Below are positions 17,072-20,780 of a stretch of DNA of 20,780 bases, in pieces. The notes under the pieces are model-generated. The model saw nothing but the letters and a program-made list of their open reading frames with translations. It was not told where the DNA came from and ran no database searches. Origin of the DNA: Methanobacteriota archaeon (GTDB taxonomy: Archaea; Thermoplasmatota; Thermoplasmata; SG8-5; JAGLSY01); the NCBI GenBank assembly GCA_020697715.1, contig JAEHCO010000011.1:1-20780 (forward strand), read 5' to 3'. The stretch's first letter is position 1. Each line of letters begins with the position of its first letter. Made by a program: the position numbers and the translations under genes.

Positions 17072-17099
17072 TTCGCATTCATATAGCTTTTGAACCTTA

Positions 17100-18017
17100 C
17101 TATTTCATCAATAAGTCCATGACCGCCATCTCGGCCCACATTCGATTTTCGGCTTCGTCGAAAACCCTGGAGTTCGGAGAGTCGATTATCTCATCAGTGA
17201 CTTCCTCATTCCTATGAGCTGGCAGGCAGTGCAGGAATATGTAATCTGATTTTGCCAGAGCAACGAGTTCCGCATTCACCTGGAAAGGCGGGAACACCTT
17301 GTTCCTCTGCTCCTTCTCGGCCTCATCGCCCATGGAAACCCAGGTATCCGTGTAGATGACATCCGCGTCCTTGACCGCGTATATTGGGTCTGCCGAATGC
17401 TCTATCGTGCAACCTCTCTCAACTCCCAGAGCTTTTGCCTTGGCCAGTACTTCCTGGTTCGGTTCATATCCTACAGGACAGGCGGCCACCATGTGCATGC
17501 CGACTGCGGCGCTTCCCAGTAAAAGTGAATTGCAAACATTGTTACCGTCACCCAGGTAAACGAGCTTCAGGCCTTTCAAGCTGCCTTTCTGCTCCTTTAT
17601 CGTTTGAAAGTCAGCGAGTATCTGGCACGGGTGCTCGAGGTCATCCAATCCGTTGATAACAGGGACATCCGCATGTTCTGCCAATTGCTGCATGATCCTG
17701 TAATCGAAAGCGCGGTACATGATCCCATCAACATAGCGAGAAATAACTTTCGCCACATCGTACACACTCTCACGCTTTCCGACCTGGATCTCATTTGGTG
17801 ATAAGTAGAGGCCAGTTCCTCCCAGCTTGTATATTCCTAATTCGAATGATACTCTTGTTCTCAAGCTGGGCTTCTCGAAGATCATACCGAGAACTTTTTC
17901 TTTCAATGGTTTCTCACCATTGCCAGCCTTCTGCTTCGCCTTCAGTTCAATCGCCCTATCCAGCAAAATATCGATCTCATCCTTGACATCCAGTATGGAA
18001 ATTAAGTCGCGCTTCAT
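17100..18017 (-). CDS. argF: Ornithine carbamoyltransferase
   Basis: FEKPSLRTR, HPCQ, DTWVSMG, HCLP motifs. ATG 18017 lies 9 nt behind a GGTGA RBS (alternative GTG 18026). Confidence 0.96.
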   Translation of the reverse strand: MKRDLISILDVKDEIDILLDRAIELKAKQKAGNGEKPLKEKVLGMIFEKPSLRTRVSFELGIYKLGGTGLYLSPNEIQVGKRESVYDVAKVISRYVDGIMYRAFDYRIMQQLAEHADVPVINGLDDLEHPCQILADFQTIKEQKGSLKGLKLVYLGDGNNVCNSLLLGSAAVGMHMVAACPVGYEPNQEVLAKAKALGVERGCTIEHSADPIYAVKDADVIYTDTWVSMGDEAEKEQRNKVFPPFQVNAELVALAKSDYIFLHCLPAHRNEEVTDEIIDSPNSRVFDEAENRMWAEMAVMDLLMK

Positions 18018-18073
18018 CTTATTCACTCACCTTCAAACTACCAGACCTTAGAGTCTGTATGTTTTCATACATG

Positions 18074-18146
18074 GGCCATATACTCCAACCTCGGAGTTGA
18101 TTCCTCCGAGGTATGCTGATCTTCGATGAGCATACGGCGGTATTCT
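18074..18146 (-). ncRNA. Putative structured RNA motif A, copy 3 (argF leader)
   Basis: AGAAUACC-GCCGUAUGCUC..GAAGAUCAGCA-[hairpin CCUCGGAG/CUCCGAGG]-GAGUAUAUGGC-C. Confidence 0.55.
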
Positions 18147-18330
18147 TCTTGGGTATAACAGGGCTATAGAAAATACTTTTTATCAGGACACGGATGAGGC
18201 AATAGAGATCGGTGGAAGGGAAATGAAACAATTCAGTGTAGTCTGGCTCGCTTTTTCCATGCTAATTTATCATACCGATACATTTATTTCCTTAGACCTA
18301 GATTAAGCTCTAGATATGGAGGAGAGATGT

Positions 18331-20780
18331 GTGGGTAAATTTAGTGTATTTATTCTATCAATCATGATGGTTGCATCAGGATTTGGGATGGTTATCGGAG
18401 CAAATGTTCATTCTTCAAATACCAAATTGAGTGTATCATTTGGGGATGTGTACAGCTTTCCCGAGCACCCTTTCGGGGCCGATTGGACAACAGGGGAGGG
18501 GGGTGACATCATCACGATATATGCTCAGGCTGACATGGGAATGGATTCTATTTTTATAAGCACCGGTTTTGCCAATAGATTCATCTGCTCACCTACAGAG
18601 CCATGGACGTCAATGACACCCGTGGGAGATTCAGTTTTCATGTACCAATTACCAGGTGATTTTTTCAATGGCTGGAGCGTTTATGAAGCCTCCTCAAATT
18701 CGATGAGCTATGTATGGTTCCAACTGTACGGAGAAAACTCAACTACTTTCGAATATTCCTATTACCCAGATTACAATGCCAATGACCAGGATCTATTACC
18801 CACCGAGGTTGTTGAGATATTTCCAGCCTGGCCACCATCCCAGATAAATGTTACTAGTGTGGCTTCCAAGACAAATTTGAGCCCCGGTGAAATATTTTGG
18901 ATTAATGGTACCGCTGATTATTGGAATAGCACGTATGAGCCACTGGATTTGGATCCTGGTTATGACACCTTGATCCCGGTCACCCAGACAAATGTAACAA
19001 TTGCAATTAATCCCACATTTACAGGCAAGACAGATGGTAACGGTGATTTCAGCATAGCGGCCAATGCACCCGTGATTCCAGGCATTTACTGGATCAATTC
19101 AACTGTTGTTAACAATACAATGAACTACAATGGCAATCAAACAAGGAATGCAACTTGTATTTCTCACGATATACAAATTGAAGTTGGAAATACTGGCCCA
19201 GTTCACAACATTGACACCGACGAATATTTCAATGAGATACAGACAGCGATAGACGATTCAGACACCCAGGATGGGCATACAATCGAGGTCGGTGCTGGAA
19301 CCTACAATGAGGAAGTTATTGTCAATAAGACACTGACACTGATAGGTGAGGACAGGAATAATACAATGATCGACGCTGGCGGCTCCGGGCATGTTGTTTA
19401 CATCACCGCGAATTATGTGAATATCAGTGGCTTCACAATTACTGGAAGTTATGATACACCAATTGATTCGGGTATAGAATTGGAGAATGCGAATTACTGC
19501 ACTATCCAGGATGTCAATTGCACTGGAAATTTCGCTGGCATCTATCTGATATCCTCCAGTAACAACACTATCGATAAGAACCAATTCGTCATGAATGACT
19601 GGTCTGGGAATGGCGATGGAGTTCGATTAGACTTTTCCAGCAATTATAATACAATATCAAATAACTCCATATATGATAATGGCCAGCGCGGTATTATCAT
19701 TATTGATTCCAGTTCCAATACCATCTTCAATAATAATATCTCATCACATAGCTGGTATGGCGTGTATATTATGTCAAATAGTGATGGGAACATTATCTAC
19801 CATAATAATTTCTTTTATAATACAGACCATGCGTATGACGAATGCACCAATCAATGGGACAATGGCTATCCATCTGGTGGAAATTTCTGGTTGGGCTTTG
19901 CCGGTGTGGATAACTTCAATGGAGTGGGCCAGAACATAACAGGATCCGATGGGATAGGGGACATGCCCTACAACAATATCATGGGTGGAATTGAACAAGA
20001 TAATTATCCATTAATGAGCCCCTGGAATGGCACATTGCCTACACCAGCAATCACATCCCACCTACCAATCCGCATTAATTCCAACGCGGATTTTGACGAG
20101 GCTCACGGTGTGGCCAACTGGGGCACCGGAGATGGTACCGCTGGCAATCCATGGATAATCGAGAATTGGGATATCAATGGAACAGGATATGGATATTGCA
20201 TCTACATTGGAAATACGACAGAGTATTTTGTGGTGAGCGACTGTAATTTATATAATGGGACTGGAGATTATTCATGGCCATACTTCCTTAATGTGGGTTT
20301 GTCCCTTCACAATGTTGAGAATGGAATCATTAACAATATCATATCCTCAAATCAAGCTAATGGCATCATACTTGACGACTCAAATAATAATACAATATCG
20401 AACAATAATTGTTCCGACAATGTTTGGAATGGTATCCTTCTAGTTGGGGATCAAACAAGAGACAATTCGATCAATGATAATCTGGCATCAAACAATTCAA
20501 AAGGAATATACTTATTGACTCTTATTGACTATAATGATATCTCCAATAATTCATTGATGGATAATGAAGCTGGAATTCATTTATTGGGAACGGACAATTG
20601 CTTAATTGAGAATAATACAATGTCCACGAATATTATGGGCATCTATGTAGATCAAAGCGATTCAAACACTTTCGTCAATAATCTTATCTCAATAAATCTC
20701 AATTATGGGATCATGGTCTTTATTGGAAATGGTAACTTCTTTTATCATAATAATTTGGTTGATAATTTCAACCAAGCAGA
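18331..20780 (+). CDS. Large secreted protein with NosD/CASH right-handed parallel beta-helix domains (partial, >816 aa)
   Basis: Hand-translated from GTG 18331 behind GGAGG (alternative ATG 18316): signal peptide MGKFSVFILSIMMVASGFG; IQTAID...GTYNEEVIVNKTLTLIG; GI.L..S.NNTI..N repeats; WDNGYPSGGNFW...DGIGDMPY...DNYPLM; second helix after GDGTAGNPWIIENWDI. Open to the window end. Confidence 0.9.
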   Translation, partial: MGKFSVFILSIMMVASGFGMVIGANVHSSNTKLSVSFGDVYSFPEHPFGADWTTGEGGDIITIYAQADMGMDSIFISTGFANRFICSPTEPWTSMTPVGDSVFMYQLPGDFFNGWSVYEASSNSMSYVWFQLYGENSTTFEYSYYPDYNANDQDLLPTEVVEIFPAWPPSQINVTSVASKTNLSPGEIFWINGTADYWNSTYEPLDLDPGYDTLIPVTQTNVTIAINPTFTGKTDGNGDFSIAANAPVIPGIYWINSTVVNNTMNYNGNQTRNATCISHDIQIEVGNTGPVHNIDTDEYFNEIQTAIDDSDTQDGHTIEVGAGTYNEEVIVNKTLTLIGEDRNNTMIDAGGSGHVVYITANYVNISGFTITGSYDTPIDSGIELENANYCTIQDVNCTGNFAGIYLISSSNNTIDKNQFVMNDWSGNGDGVRLDFSSNYNTISNNSIYDNGQRGIIIIDSSSNTIFNNNISSHSWYGVYIMSNSDGNIIYHNNFFYNTDHAYDECTNQWDNGYPSGGNFWLGFAGVDNFNGVGQNITGSDGIGDMPYNNIMGGIEQDNYPLMSPWNGTLPTPAITSHLPIRINSNADFDEAHGVANWGTGDGTAGNPWIIENWDINGTGYGYCIYIGNTTEYFVVSDCNLYNGTGDYSWPYFLNVGLSLHNVENGIINNIISSNQANGIILDDSNNNTISNNNCSDNVWNGILLVGDQTRDNSINDNLASNNSKGIYLLTLIDYNDISNNSLMDNEAGIHLLGTDNCLIENNTMSTNIMGIYVDQSDSNTFVNNLISINLNYGIMVFIGNGNFFYHNNLVDNFNQA

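Noticed and set aside
18074-18146. tRNA, group II intron domain V, or plus-strand C/D RNA
   Set aside because: tRNA-sized but no cloverleaf or T-loop; ACCGCCGUAU resembles domain V but its partner strand is missing; the plus-strand CUGA...CGAUGA loop has no C or D box and is absent from the other copies.
20511-20530. 10-bp tandem repeat CTTATTGACT x2
   Set aside because: Short, lies within the beta-helix coding sequence, and the frame stays open; probably chance.

Overview
Archaeal chromosomal window, most likely Thermoplasmatota (inferred from the Gar1-TFB pair, the archaetidylserine synthase/decarboxylase pair and CASH/PKD-rich surface proteins). Left arm: two large minus-strand secreted proteins with five-bladed beta-propellers. 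One runs off the window and is absent from the ORF track; the other is membrane-anchored with a SHOCT tail and sits divergent from a winged-helix regulator that also ends in a SHOCT-like helix. Centre: tfb, gar1, an M18 aminopeptidase, tmk, psd/pssA, an ABC-2 exporter, argF. Right end: a partial NosD/CASH beta-helix surface protein, also absent from the ORF track. The intergenic DNA is unusually rich. It holds a box C/D guide sRNA whose D guide fits tRNA-Leu(CAA) C34, a 139-bp tandem duplication, and a three-copy ~75-nt structured motif (one copy in the argF leader). A pair of ~135-bp structured inverted repeats with CATG ends, flanked by a degenerate 11-bp direct repeat, brackets the ABC exporter like a transposase-less insertion cassette. 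All calls were made by eye, without database searches.
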